Below are positions 27,046 to 35,567 of a stretch of DNA of 51,417 bases, piece by piece (the stretch's first letter is position 1; every line of letters starts with the position of its first letter). Under the pieces are notes generated by a model. It had not been told where the DNA came from, did not search any database, and was given only the letters and a program-made list of their open reading frames with translations. Location of the stretch: assembly GCA_017407285.1 (NCBI GenBank), contig JAFQWW010000065.1, forward strand, positions 1 through 51,417. The letters are read 5' to 3'. A program made the translations under genes and the position numbers. This DNA is from Clostridia bacterium (GTDB taxonomy: Bacteria > Bacillota > Clostridia > Christensenellales > RUG350).

Positions 27046-27984
27046 GTGTTTGAGAACAAAGAATACGTTTTGGCGGTGTATAGAGAAGGTAGTTTTACGA
27101 AAGCGGCAGAAAAGCTTTACGTATCCCAACCTTCATTGTCTGCAACAGTCAAAAGAATAGAAGAGAAGATTTCAACCCCTATTTTTAATCGTGCCACTAA
27201 CCCTATATCCTTGACTGAGCCGGGAGAGGAATACGTGCGCTACGCTTTGGAGATAGAACAAAACGAAAGGGACTTTCAGCGCTACGTTTCGGACTATATG
27301 AATCTCGTAGTTGGAAAAATTCGTATTGGTGGTAGCAGTCTTTTCTCCTCTTTCGTTATCCCCAAGCTTATGGCGGAATTTAATCTCGCCTACCCCAAAA
27401 TTCAAGTCGAGATATTCGAGGATAGCACGAAAGATCTTTTACACAAATTAAATCTCGGTGCGCTTGATATCGTCATTGATAACGTAGAATTACACGACGA
27501 CACCCTAAACGCAAATTTTTATTCTTCCGAACTTTTGCTCTTAGCCGTTCCAAAGCATCTTGAGATTAACGAGAAATTAAAAGAATTTAGACTGACTGCA
27601 AAAGAGGTCAAACGCGAAAAGCATAAGAATGAAAAATATAGTGTGGAACTAGAGCAATTTGAAAACGAACTTTTCGTCTTCTTGAATCCCGAAAACAACA
27701 CGGGTAAAAAAGCGGAAATGATCTTCAAAAAACACGGTATCTCCCCCAAAGTTGGTTTTTATCTTGACCAACAGGTTACGGCGTACAACGTATCGTGTTC
27801 TGGTCTTGGCGTAACCTTTATAAGCGACACCCTTATAAAACATATAGATGCCAATCCAGATTTGTATTATTATAGACTGACGGACAAAGAAATGGCTCGA
27901 AAAATTCACTTTTATCAAAAGAGCAACCGATACGTATCTTTAGCGGCACAAAAGTTTATTGAGTTTTTCACTAACCACGAATAA
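27046..27984 (+). CDS. LysR-family transcriptional regulator
   Basis: It has a GTG start after GAGGAGGG. The N-terminal HTH is FTKAAEKLYVSQPSLSATVKRIE, followed by a LysR substrate-binding domain. Confidence 0.85.
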   Translation: MFENKEYVLAVYREGSFTKAAEKLYVSQPSLSATVKRIEEKISTPIFNRATNPISLTEPGEEYVRYALEIEQNERDFQRYVSDYMNLVVGKIRIGGSSLFSSFVIPKLMAEFNLAYPKIQVEIFEDSTKDLLHKLNLGALDIVIDNVELHDDTLNANFYSSELLLLAVPKHLEINEKLKEFRLTAKEVKREKHKNEKYSVELEQFENELFVFLNPENNTGKKAEMIFKKHGISPKVGFYLDQQVTAYNVSCSGLGVTFISDTLIKHIDANPDLYYYRLTDKEMARKIHFYQKSNRYVSLAAQKFIEFFTNHE

Positions 27985-27993
27985 AATTGCAAC

Positions 27994-28026
27994 AAAAAAA
28001 GAACGATTTTTTAATCGTTCTTTTTT
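27994..28026. terminator. Bidirectional terminator between the LysR gene and putP
   Basis: The hairpin is GAACGATT-TTTT-AATCGTTC with flanking A- and T-runs. Confidence 0.75.
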
Positions 28027-28041
28027 ATTTATCAAATTAAA

Positions 28042-29580
28042 TTATTTCGCTACAGCCTCATCATAGTTTTGTTCGTCCTCTTCGGAGAACGCAAGCGCTT
28101 CTTCGTAAGCTTCTTCACCTGCTTTTACGTTCTTCACGTCCAGTTTAGCACCAATTATAGAAGCGGCAAGACCTAAGATAAATCCGGGGATAAGTTCGTA
28201 AAGTCCGGTGCCAAATCCACCAAAAGCTATCCACAACGCAACTACCACGCCACCAGTAATCATACCGGCAATAGCACCGCGATAGGTAAACTTTTTCCAA
28301 TACAAGGACAAAACGATGGAAGGACCAAACGCTGCGCCGAAACCTGCCCAAGCGTAGGATACGAGATCCATAATGCCACCAAGACCAGGAAGAGCCGCTA
28401 TAATGAAGGCAACCACTGCTACTACGATAACTACGATTTTACCTACTAACAAGGTTTCCTTTTGAGTCGCACTTTTGCGAAGGATAGGTTTGTAGATATC
28501 GCTAGTGAACGAGGACGACGCTACCAAAAGTTGGCTATCTGCCGTACTCATAGCAGCAGCAAGAATAGCGGACAAGAATATACCAGAGACGAATGCAGGG
28601 AAAACGATTCTAACGAGGTTTATAAATACCATCTCGCTGTTTCCGCCAAGGTCTAATAAACCTGCCTCTACTGCCGCTCTACCAACTACTGCGATAAACG
28701 CTGCCATAGCAAGGGTGATAACAACCCAAACGGTTGCAACACGACGAGACTTCTTAATCATACCACTACTCTTTATAGACATAAATCTAACGAGAATGTG
28801 AGGCATACCACAGTAACCTAATCCCCAAGCAAGTCCGTTTAATATAGTTGCGATACTCTCACCGTTCAATTCTCCACCCGGAATGAGGTTGAAGAAATTA
28901 GCATCTTTTGCAAGAATAGTGGAGAAATCTAAAGCACCCGAACCATTCACACCCGTCATAGATACGAACACGGGAACGAAAATAACTGCGCCAAGCATCA
29001 AAAGCGCTTGGAAGAAGTCCGTCCAACAAACTGCCTTAAATCCACCCATAAAGGTATAAGCAAGCATAATTACTGCAAATATTACCATAGCCAAAATGAA
29101 GGAGTCCATGTTCAATACGGACTGGAAGAGCTGTCCACCTGCTTTCATACCGGACGCTACGTACACCGTGAAGAACACGAGGAATATGATAGCGGAGGTT
29201 ACTTGCAAAGTTTTGCCTGCAGATTTGAAACGGTTGTTTAAGTATTGCGGAATAGTGATAGCATCTCCCAACGCTTGAGAGAACTTTCTAAGTCTGCCTG
29301 CAACGAGCAACCAGTTCAAATAAGTACCGATTGCAAGACCGATAGCGATCCAAACCTCACCAAAACCTAAAGCCAAGATAGAACCGGGAAGTCCCATCAA
29401 AAGCCAACCACTCATATCTGATGCTTGAGCGGACAAAGCGGCAACGTAAGGTCCCATCTTTCTGCCACCCAAGAAATAGCCCGTTTGGTTTTGGGCTTTA
29501 TCCTTCAACATAAAGAATGCGCCTATACCAAGCATAGCTACGAAATAAAGTATAAAAGCTAATAATTCGCCTAATCTCAT
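28042..29580 (-). CDS. putP: Sodium:proline symporter (SSF family)
   Basis: This is a 512-aa polytopic protein. The N-terminus and the GYFLGGRKMGP motif are typical of PutP/SSF. Confidence 0.8.
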   Translation of the reverse strand: MRLGELLAFILYFVAMLGIGAFFMLKDKAQNQTGYFLGGRKMGPYVAALSAQASDMSGWLLMGLPGSILALGFGEVWIAIGLAIGTYLNWLLVAGRLRKFSQALGDAITIPQYLNNRFKSAGKTLQVTSAIIFLVFFTVYVASGMKAGGQLFQSVLNMDSFILAMVIFAVIMLAYTFMGGFKAVCWTDFFQALLMLGAVIFVPVFVSMTGVNGSGALDFSTILAKDANFFNLIPGGELNGESIATILNGLAWGLGYCGMPHILVRFMSIKSSGMIKKSRRVATVWVVITLAMAAFIAVVGRAAVEAGLLDLGGNSEMVFINLVRIVFPAFVSGIFLSAILAAAMSTADSQLLVASSSFTSDIYKPILRKSATQKETLLVGKIVVIVVAVVAFIIAALPGLGGIMDLVSYAWAGFGAAFGPSIVLSLYWKKFTYRGAIAGMITGGVVVALWIAFGGFGTGLYELIPGFILGLAASIIGAKLDVKNVKAGEEAYEEALAFSEEDEQNYDEAVAK

Positions 29581-29684
29581 TTTATACCTACCTTTTGTAT
29601 AATATTAACTTAATAAGTATATCAAAAACAAAGGCAATTTACAACTAAATGCACGCTAATTTCCTTTATTTAGATTTTTTGCAT

Positions 29685-29716
29685 AAAAAAAAGCGTATCC
29701 GAAGATACGCTTTTTT
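29685..29716. terminator. Terminator after the NCS2 permease gene
   Basis: The hairpin is GCGTATC-CGAA-GATACGC with flanking A- and T-runs. Confidence 0.75.
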
Positions 29717-29725
29717 GAGATCTAA

Positions 29726-31210
29726 TTAAAACAAGGTAGCAGGAACGAAGAAGTAGATACAGAAAAGTACGGTAACAACGATAGCGACAACGCTTATATT
29801 CCATACGGGTTTTTCGTTCTTTTCTTTGTTTGCTGCATACTTGATAACGTTTACAACGTAAGCTACGATATGCAATACGGTGTAGAGAATCAAACCAACA
29901 CCAATACCCTTAGTGATAGAGTAACCAAGGAGCATAACGACGATAGTCATAAATGCAGAGGTAGCGTTGATAGGATTGGAAACGTCAATTGACTTGATAT
30001 TGTTCTTCATCATAAGTACGCCTACGTAGATCAATGCAGATGCAGTAGCTGCACCGGGGATTGCTGCGAACAAAGGCATAGCAAAGATAGCAAGGAAGAA
30101 CATGATAGCAGTCGTCAAAGCGGTCAAACCGGTTCTACCACCAGCGGATACACCAGCACCGGACTCTACGAACGTGGTTACGGTAGAGGTACCGAGCATA
30201 GCGCCAGTACAAGTAGCAACTGAGTCAGAGATCATAATCTTGTCGTAGTTGTGAGGTTTGTTGTTCTCATCGGACAAAATTCTATTACCACCACAGCAAC
30301 CAACGATAGTTCCCATGGTATCGAACATGTCTATCATACACATAGTGATGATAACCATGATGATGGTGAAGATATGACCGTTTGTAAAGAGAGTGGTCAA
30401 ACCTTGACCAAATGATAAGAATACGCTATTTTCTCCGCCGAAGAAACCTGCGAAGTTATCCCAGAATGCCCAAGAAATACCACCGTTACCAGAAATAACA
30501 GAAAGGTCGGTAACACCCAAAGGAATACCAATAATAGCTGCGCCCAAGATACCGATAATAACGGAGCCTTTAACCTTGAGATGATCAAGTACGGTAATTA
30601 AAATCAAACCGATCAAGCAAACGCCAGCAGGAGCAATAGCAGCACTCCAAGTAGAGAAGTTAACGAAGTCAACCAACGTGAAGGGGTTGTCTACGATAAC
30701 GCCAGCGTTTTGGAAACCGATAAATGCAATAAATAAACCGATACCAACCGAAATAGCGGAGCGTACGGATACGGGCATGCCGTCAAATACTGCCTCACGG
30801 AAAGTCTTACCTTTAATTTTGATCAAAGATAAAAGCAAGAAAATGATACCGGAAATGAATACCATTGCAAAAGCTTTGCCAAGCGTAAATTGGACACCGT
30901 AAGTCTTAAGTGCGCCAGCGCCAACTAAACCACCAAGCATAGAGTTAAGACCCATACCAGAAGCTTGAGCCAAAGGCATTTTTGCAAAGATAGCCATCAA
31001 AAGAGTACCGATGATAGCACCAAAAGCAGTAGCCATAAAGACTGCAGGCCAACTGGGATCTGCTCTATTAAAGCCCAAAATCTGATCCGGGTTAACCGTC
31101 AAAATGTACGCCATCGCAAGGAAGGTAACTATACCTGCAATGATTTCCGTTCTGACGTTCGTCTGTTTCTTCTCAGGATCGAATCCCAAGAGATTACCAA
31201 ACTTAGACAT
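29726..31210 (-). CDS. NCS2-family nucleobase permease (AzgA/PbuG-like adenine/guanine/hypoxanthine transporter)
   Basis: The protein is 494 aa and polytopic. The N-terminus ...TNVRTEIIAGIVTFLAMAYILTVNP is typical of this family. Confidence 0.8.
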   Translation of the reverse strand: MSKFGNLLGFDPEKKQTNVRTEIIAGIVTFLAMAYILTVNPDQILGFNRADPSWPAVFMATAFGAIIGTLLMAIFAKMPLAQASGMGLNSMLGGLVGAGALKTYGVQFTLGKAFAMVFISGIIFLLLSLIKIKGKTFREAVFDGMPVSVRSAISVGIGLFIAFIGFQNAGVIVDNPFTLVDFVNFSTWSAAIAPAGVCLIGLILITVLDHLKVKGSVIIGILGAAIIGIPLGVTDLSVISGNGGISWAFWDNFAGFFGGENSVFLSFGQGLTTLFTNGHIFTIIMVIITMCMIDMFDTMGTIVGCCGGNRILSDENNKPHNYDKIMISDSVATCTGAMLGTSTVTTFVESGAGVSAGGRTGLTALTTAIMFFLAIFAMPLFAAIPGAATASALIYVGVLMMKNNIKSIDVSNPINATSAFMTIVVMLLGYSITKGIGVGLILYTVLHIVAYVVNVIKYAANKEKNEKPVWNISVVAIVVTVLFCIYFFVPATLF

Positions 31211-31263
31211 AAAGAAACCTCCTATTTTTTAGTGTGTCAAAAGACACCCTTTTTCTATTGTAT

Positions 31264-31292
31264 ATCATAACACATTTTTCCAAAGTTTTCAA
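31264..31292 (-). promoter_or_regulatory. Candidate sigma-A promoter of the NCS2 permease gene
   Basis: On the minus strand the sequence reads TTGAAA-17 nt-TATGAT. This leaves only a ~55-nt leader. Confidence 0.5.
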
Positions 31293-31616
31293 TAATAATT
31301 AAAAAATTTTGTCATTTTTTGCCAATTTTTTTGATGACATAATTGTTATACGCGCGCGTATATAATATATACCTACTTACTATATAAGAATATTACTATT
31401 TATAATGCTATATCGAATGGCATAGGCTTGTGGATTTCGAGAGTTCACGCGACTCCTTCGCTCCTTCCTTTCGATTTTGTAAGTACGCTTTATTAAACGA
31501 TTTAGATGCAAGAAAGACGAGAAGGATAATGGGCTTTGAGATGCGCGTACTATTCGTACGCAATTCGAAAAGACCTGCAATCCGACGACTTATTTCGTAG
31601 CATATAAATCGTTTAA

Positions 31617-31657
31617 CAAAAAAAGACTTACCCTATATTAGGGTAAGTCTTTTTTTT
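31617..31657. terminator. Bidirectional terminator hairpin, copy 1 of a duplicated module
   Basis: GACTTACCCT-ATATT-AGGGTAAGTC is flanked by A7 and T8 runs. Confidence 0.7.
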
Positions 31658-31721
31658 CGTATCTTTTTAAAAACTCGCTTCGCTCGTTCCTTTCGATTTC
31701 ATTGTCTTCTATTTGTTTAAC

Positions 31722-31761
31722 AAAAAAAGACTTACCCTATATTAGGGTAAGTCATTTTTTT
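31722..31761. terminator. Bidirectional terminator hairpin, copy 2 (immediately after the surface-protein gene)
   Basis: It has the same 10-bp stem as copy 1 and lies 14 nt after the stop at 31775. Confidence 0.75.
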
Positions 31762-31774
31762 CGTATCGAAACGA

Positions 31775-34051
31775 TTATTTTCTCTTAATGAAGAGAACTA
31801 CTACTGCAGCAACGAGACCAGCTACCAAGATGGAGAAGATGATAATGATAGTGGTTACAGTTCCCTGCAACGTTTCTACGTTCTTATTAGCCTCAGCGAG
31901 GTCTTTTGCATGATTGCTTTGAGCAAGTTCAAGCTGTTCGTCGAGAAGCTTAATCTGATCGTTAGCAGCGGTAAGAGCAGCCTGGAGTGCATCGATGTCG
32001 CCTTCTGCAACTTCCAATGCAGCCTTGATGTTAGCAACGATACCGTTAAGTTCGGTTACGTTAACTACTTTACCAGCAGCAAGTGCAGCTTCGTAAGCAG
32101 CTTCGATCTCACCTACTTTGTTGTAGTTGCCGATAAGTGCTCTCTGCTCTTTAGTGAAGGAGTTGTACATAGATTTAACGAGTCCGAGGATAACGGGAGT
32201 ATCAGAGGTGATATCGTATCCGCTAGCAACTACTGCGTCGTACAATTCGTCAACGATGGATTCGAAAGAATCAGCGATGATGAGTTTCTGAACCTGTTTG
32301 ATGAATGCTTCTGCAAGACCAGGATAGTTAGCATCAATGTATGCTTTCTGGCTCTCGCTCAAATCACTGTAAGCATCGTCTACTGCGATGATATCAGCGA
32401 TATCAGTGGTCTCAACGTTGTCACCCAATGCAACTACGTCTTCCATAGCTTCTGCAACAGTCGTTGCTTTAGCTTCTGCTTTAGTGATAATCTCAACGAG
32501 TTTTGCGTAATCGTCTACGTTATCTTCAGCAGTGTAGTCTTGCTCTGCAACGGGCATAGCGTCGTAAGTAGCTTTAAGTGCGTATGCTTTAGCCAAGTCG
32601 ATAGGAAGAGCGTTTGCATCAACAATGATGTTTGCGATGTTGTCATAGTTTCCAACAAGTGCTAATACGTCAGACTCCCATTTTTCGAGTCTAGCGATGA
32701 TAGCGTCGCGAGCAGCTTCAACGTCTTCGAGTTTAGCAAGGTTGATGATATCAGCGAGATCTCCGTCGTAAGCATCTACTAATGCTCTTGCAGCAGCGAT
32801 TTCTGCTCTATCGGTGATTTCAACGTCTGCAGCATCAGGCAAAGCTTCGATAGCTTCGTAAGCGTCTACCAATGCGATATGACGCATCATAGCGATGAAG
32901 TGTTTGTATTCGGTGAGGTAATGAGCCTCAAGGTATGCTTGTGCGTTATCATCTACGTCTTCAAGATCTTCGTATCTGTCAGCGATAGCTTCAACGCCTG
33001 CACGCCAAGTAGCCTCTGCAGTCAAATTGGTAGGAGCAACGATAGCACCCATGTCGTCTGCAAGGTCTTTAATGAGGTTGTTCAAGTAGTTGTAATCTGC
33101 AAGAGTATCTGCGTATTTATCATATGCTTCTGCATATTTGTTCCATACGGAATCATCAGCAGTAACAGCGATGCTAGCCATGGTAGCTTGTGCACCAGTG
33201 GAGAGTTTCTCAAATTCAGCTTTAGCAGCCAAAACTTGACCGAAGGAAGCGTCGGTAGCGGTGATGGGCTCAACGATAGCGTTTACAGCGTCAACCCAAA
33301 CGTCTGCTACTGCGAGCAAATCTTCGAGCTCTGCCAATTTCTCAAACATAATGTGAGAGTTGGTAACTGCAGCTCTTTCCATGTCGCTTGCCAAACTGTC
33401 GTAATCTGCCTTGATGCCAACGAGCTCGGTTGCGCAATCAGCGTCGTCTAAGGTAACGGTGTTATTCCATTTAACTACGAAGTTGTTGATAGCAGCGATG
33501 ATAACGTTTACTTTACCTTCCATAGCCAATGCACGTGCAGCATAGAAATCGTATGCTTCAGCATAGGTGGGGTAATCAACGTTGTCGAAAGCTTCGCCAG
33601 CAAGTCTTGCTACCATTTCGGGTGCAACAGCCTCTGCTTTCAAATACAAGGTACGAGCCTCGATGTATTTAGCAAGAATGTTGGTCTGAGAATCAAATGC
33701 AGCAGCCATAGCGTCGATAGAAGCTTTGAGTTCTGCAAAGTCTTCTGCGAGTTCAGCATATTTAGCTTCTGCCTCAACGAGGGTAGCATAGTTAGCAACG
33801 ATAGTGGGTTCACCAGCAGCAGCTGCTTTATCTGCAGCTACGATATCAGCGTCAAGAGCCTCAAAAGCATCTCTTGCAGCGTCAATCTTTTCTGCACAAT
33901 CGGTGGTGAATACTACGGTACCGATGTTAGCGATAGCAGCCTCTACGTCGTCTATTTCATCTTCGATACCAGCGATAACGTCTTCCATCTCTTCGAGAAG
34001 ATCATAGTTGGATACTTCTGCTTTCAAATTGTTGTAAGCAACGTCGTCCAA
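31775..34051 (-). CDS. Ala/Asp/Glu-rich helical-repeat surface protein, C-terminal portion with coiled-coil and TM anchor (in frame with the upstream ORF)
   Basis: This ORF has no signal peptide, no convincing RBS, and only a TTG start. It has repeated helical modules (e.g. AIEALPDAADVEITDRAEIAAARALVDAYDGDL). The C-terminus has a coiled-coil followed by VTTIIIIFSILVAGLVAAVVVLFIKRK. Confidence 0.6.
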   Translation of the reverse strand: MDDVAYNNLKAEVSNYDLLEEMEDVIAGIEDEIDDVEAAIANIGTVVFTTDCAEKIDAARDAFEALDADIVAADKAAAAGEPTIVANYATLVEAEAKYAELAEDFAELKASIDAMAAAFDSQTNILAKYIEARTLYLKAEAVAPEMVARLAGEAFDNVDYPTYAEAYDFYAARALAMEGKVNVIIAAINNFVVKWNNTVTLDDADCATELVGIKADYDSLASDMERAAVTNSHIMFEKLAELEDLLAVADVWVDAVNAIVEPITATDASFGQVLAAKAEFEKLSTGAQATMASIAVTADDSVWNKYAEAYDKYADTLADYNYLNNLIKDLADDMGAIVAPTNLTAEATWRAGVEAIADRYEDLEDVDDNAQAYLEAHYLTEYKHFIAMMRHIALVDAYEAIEALPDAADVEITDRAEIAAARALVDAYDGDLADIINLAKLEDVEAARDAIIARLEKWESDVLALVGNYDNIANIIVDANALPIDLAKAYALKATYDAMPVAEQDYTAEDNVDDYAKLVEIITKAEAKATTVAEAMEDVVALGDNVETTDIADIIAVDDAYSDLSESQKAYIDANYPGLAEAFIKQVQKLIIADSFESIVDELYDAVVASGYDITSDTPVILGLVKSMYNSFTKEQRALIGNYNKVGEIEAAYEAALAAGKVVNVTELNGIVANIKAALEVAEGDIDALQAALTAANDQIKLLDEQLELAQSNHAKDLAEANKNVETLQGTVTTIIIIFSILVAGLVAAVVVLFIKRK

Positions 34052-34057
34052 AGCGTT

Positions 34058-34918
34058 TTAATCTGCTCTTGCATCTTCGATATCAGCAAGCTTGGTGTAG
34101 TAAACTACGCCTTCTTCTACGCTTGCGTATACGTTAGCGATAGTCTCTTCTACTGCAGCTGCTTTAGCATACTGATTAGCGAGAGCTTCTACTGCATCGT
34201 GATAATCGTCGAGGTTGGTAACCAAAGCCCATTCCTCTGCGAATTCGTCTGCCAAGAAATCGGTATCATAGATATCGTACATAGCGTCGAATGCAGCGTC
34301 GATAGAATCTTCACTAGCAAGAACGATTTCGTTGTTGTATTCAACGATAGCGTCGATAGCGTCGATAGCAGCCTGAAGTTTTGCTTTGAGCTCAGCAAGT
34401 CTTGCGTATGCTTTAGCAAAGTTATCGAATGCGTTCTCAGGCAAGTTCTCTACCCATGCTTTAGCCTCAGCGGTGAGACCTTCGTACTTAGCATAGTAGG
34501 TATCGAGAGTAGCTTCGTCGGAAAGATAGAATCTCTCTCCGTCGTAGTTGTTGAGTTTATCGTACAAAATACTTACAACGTAGGACTCAACGGCGAAAGG
34601 CTCAGCAGATGCTTTCTGAATAGCCTCGTAAGTAGCTTTTACGTCTGCGGACAAAGCTGCTTTGTCGTCGTTACCCAATGCAGTGTACAAATCGATAGCC
34701 TTATGTACTTTCTTTGCATAATCGGGATGTGCTGCGCTGAAGATATTGTCAGCGGTGATTCCTGCATCTTTGATCTGTTCAGTAACGTATTTTTCGAAAC
34801 CTGCTTTACCAGCAAACTCGAGATCGTCTGCGCTAGCACCGATAGCGGTGAAGCAACATACGAATACGAATACCAACATCAAGATAGCAATTAAACTTTT
34901 CTTAGTTGTCGTTGTCAT
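34058..34918 (-). CDS. Ala/Asp/Glu-rich helical-repeat surface protein, N-terminal portion with signal peptide
   Basis: The signal peptide is MTTTTKKSLIAILMLVFVFVCCFTAIGASA. It has the same helical-repeat composition as the downstream ORF. It ends at the TAA at 34058-34060, which is in frame with the downstream ORF. Confidence 0.7.
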   Translation of the reverse strand: MTTTTKKSLIAILMLVFVFVCCFTAIGASADDLEFAGKAGFEKYVTEQIKDAGITADNIFSAAHPDYAKKVHKAIDLYTALGNDDKAALSADVKATYEAIQKASAEPFAVESYVVSILYDKLNNYDGERFYLSDEATLDTYYAKYEGLTAEAKAWVENLPENAFDNFAKAYARLAELKAKLQAAIDAIDAIVEYNNEIVLASEDSIDAAFDAMYDIYDTDFLADEFAEEWALVTNLDDYHDAVEALANQYAKAAAVEETIANVYASVEEGVVYYTKLADIEDARAD

Positions 34919-35528
34919 TTTATTTCTCCTTCAATAAAATTTCGTTTTGTTGTTTTTTGTTTTTCTTTCGTTTCTTTACTACACAATTTTAGTCTTTAGT
35001 AGACAATTTTACTCTTTCAATACTCTTTTTCCACTAACCATACACAAATCTTCTCCTTTTTGGTATAACTTTTTTCGGGAAAAATCCCTGTCAGGGCATA
35101 AATTGCCTATTACACTGCCTAATTTTAACACATATATTTTTGCTTGTCAACTACCAATCAATATTTATTTTATTTTTTCACTCAAATTTTTTGAAAAATT
35201 TTATCAAAATCACCAATTCCGTCTTGAATCGTACCTTTTGGCAGTTTTAAAAGCTAAATCGACGCTTTTTTTATACTCCACCAATTATACTATGCGCAAC
35301 TTGCTCCACACTTGACAAGGTTCGAAAAAATCATAGAAACGCATGCGTGATTTTCGTGCTTTTTGCGTAATTAAAATGTAATATGTTTATACTAATTAGT
35401 ATATTATATATAATAACACGCGCACGCGTAAAACACAATACTTTTGGAGAAAATTTTTCAAACTTTTTCATCGAAATTTTTTTGCGCAAACAAAAGGTCT
35501 CTTTCCTTAAAATTTTCAAGTTTTGAAA

Positions 35529-35557
35529 TAAAAAAAGCCACCCTTAGGTGGCTTTTT
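35529..35557. terminator. Terminator after rhaA
   Basis: The hairpin is GCCACC-CTTA-GGTGGC with flanking A8 and T5 runs. Confidence 0.7.
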
Positions 35558-35567
35558 CATTCAATCG

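Noticed and set aside
31211-31345. Purine riboswitch expected upstream of the NCS2 purine permease
   Set aside because: The best promoter leaves a leader of only ~55 nt. No purine-aptamer core (three-way junction with conserved loops) is recognisable. Only a weak 5-6-bp hairpin is present.
31380-31580. 66-aa minus-strand ORF in the spacer downstream of the surface gene
   Set aside because: It has no RBS and lies beyond two terminators. The translation is basic and low-complexity. The region is better explained as duplicated, structured non-coding DNA.
34058-34060. Stop-codon reassignment (alternative genetic code) as an explanation for the in-frame TAA
   Set aside because: TAA is used as the normal terminator by many well-defined genes in this window (tkt, pflB, fucO and others), and protein lengths are canonical under code 11.
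34947-35519. ORFs 34947..35315 (+), 35331..35519 (-) and 35444..35668 (+) in the AT-rich spacer upstream of the surface gene
   Set aside because: They have no SD and give Phe/Leu/Ile/Lys-rich translations typical of AT-rich non-coding DNA. One overlaps the rhaA terminator and 3' end.
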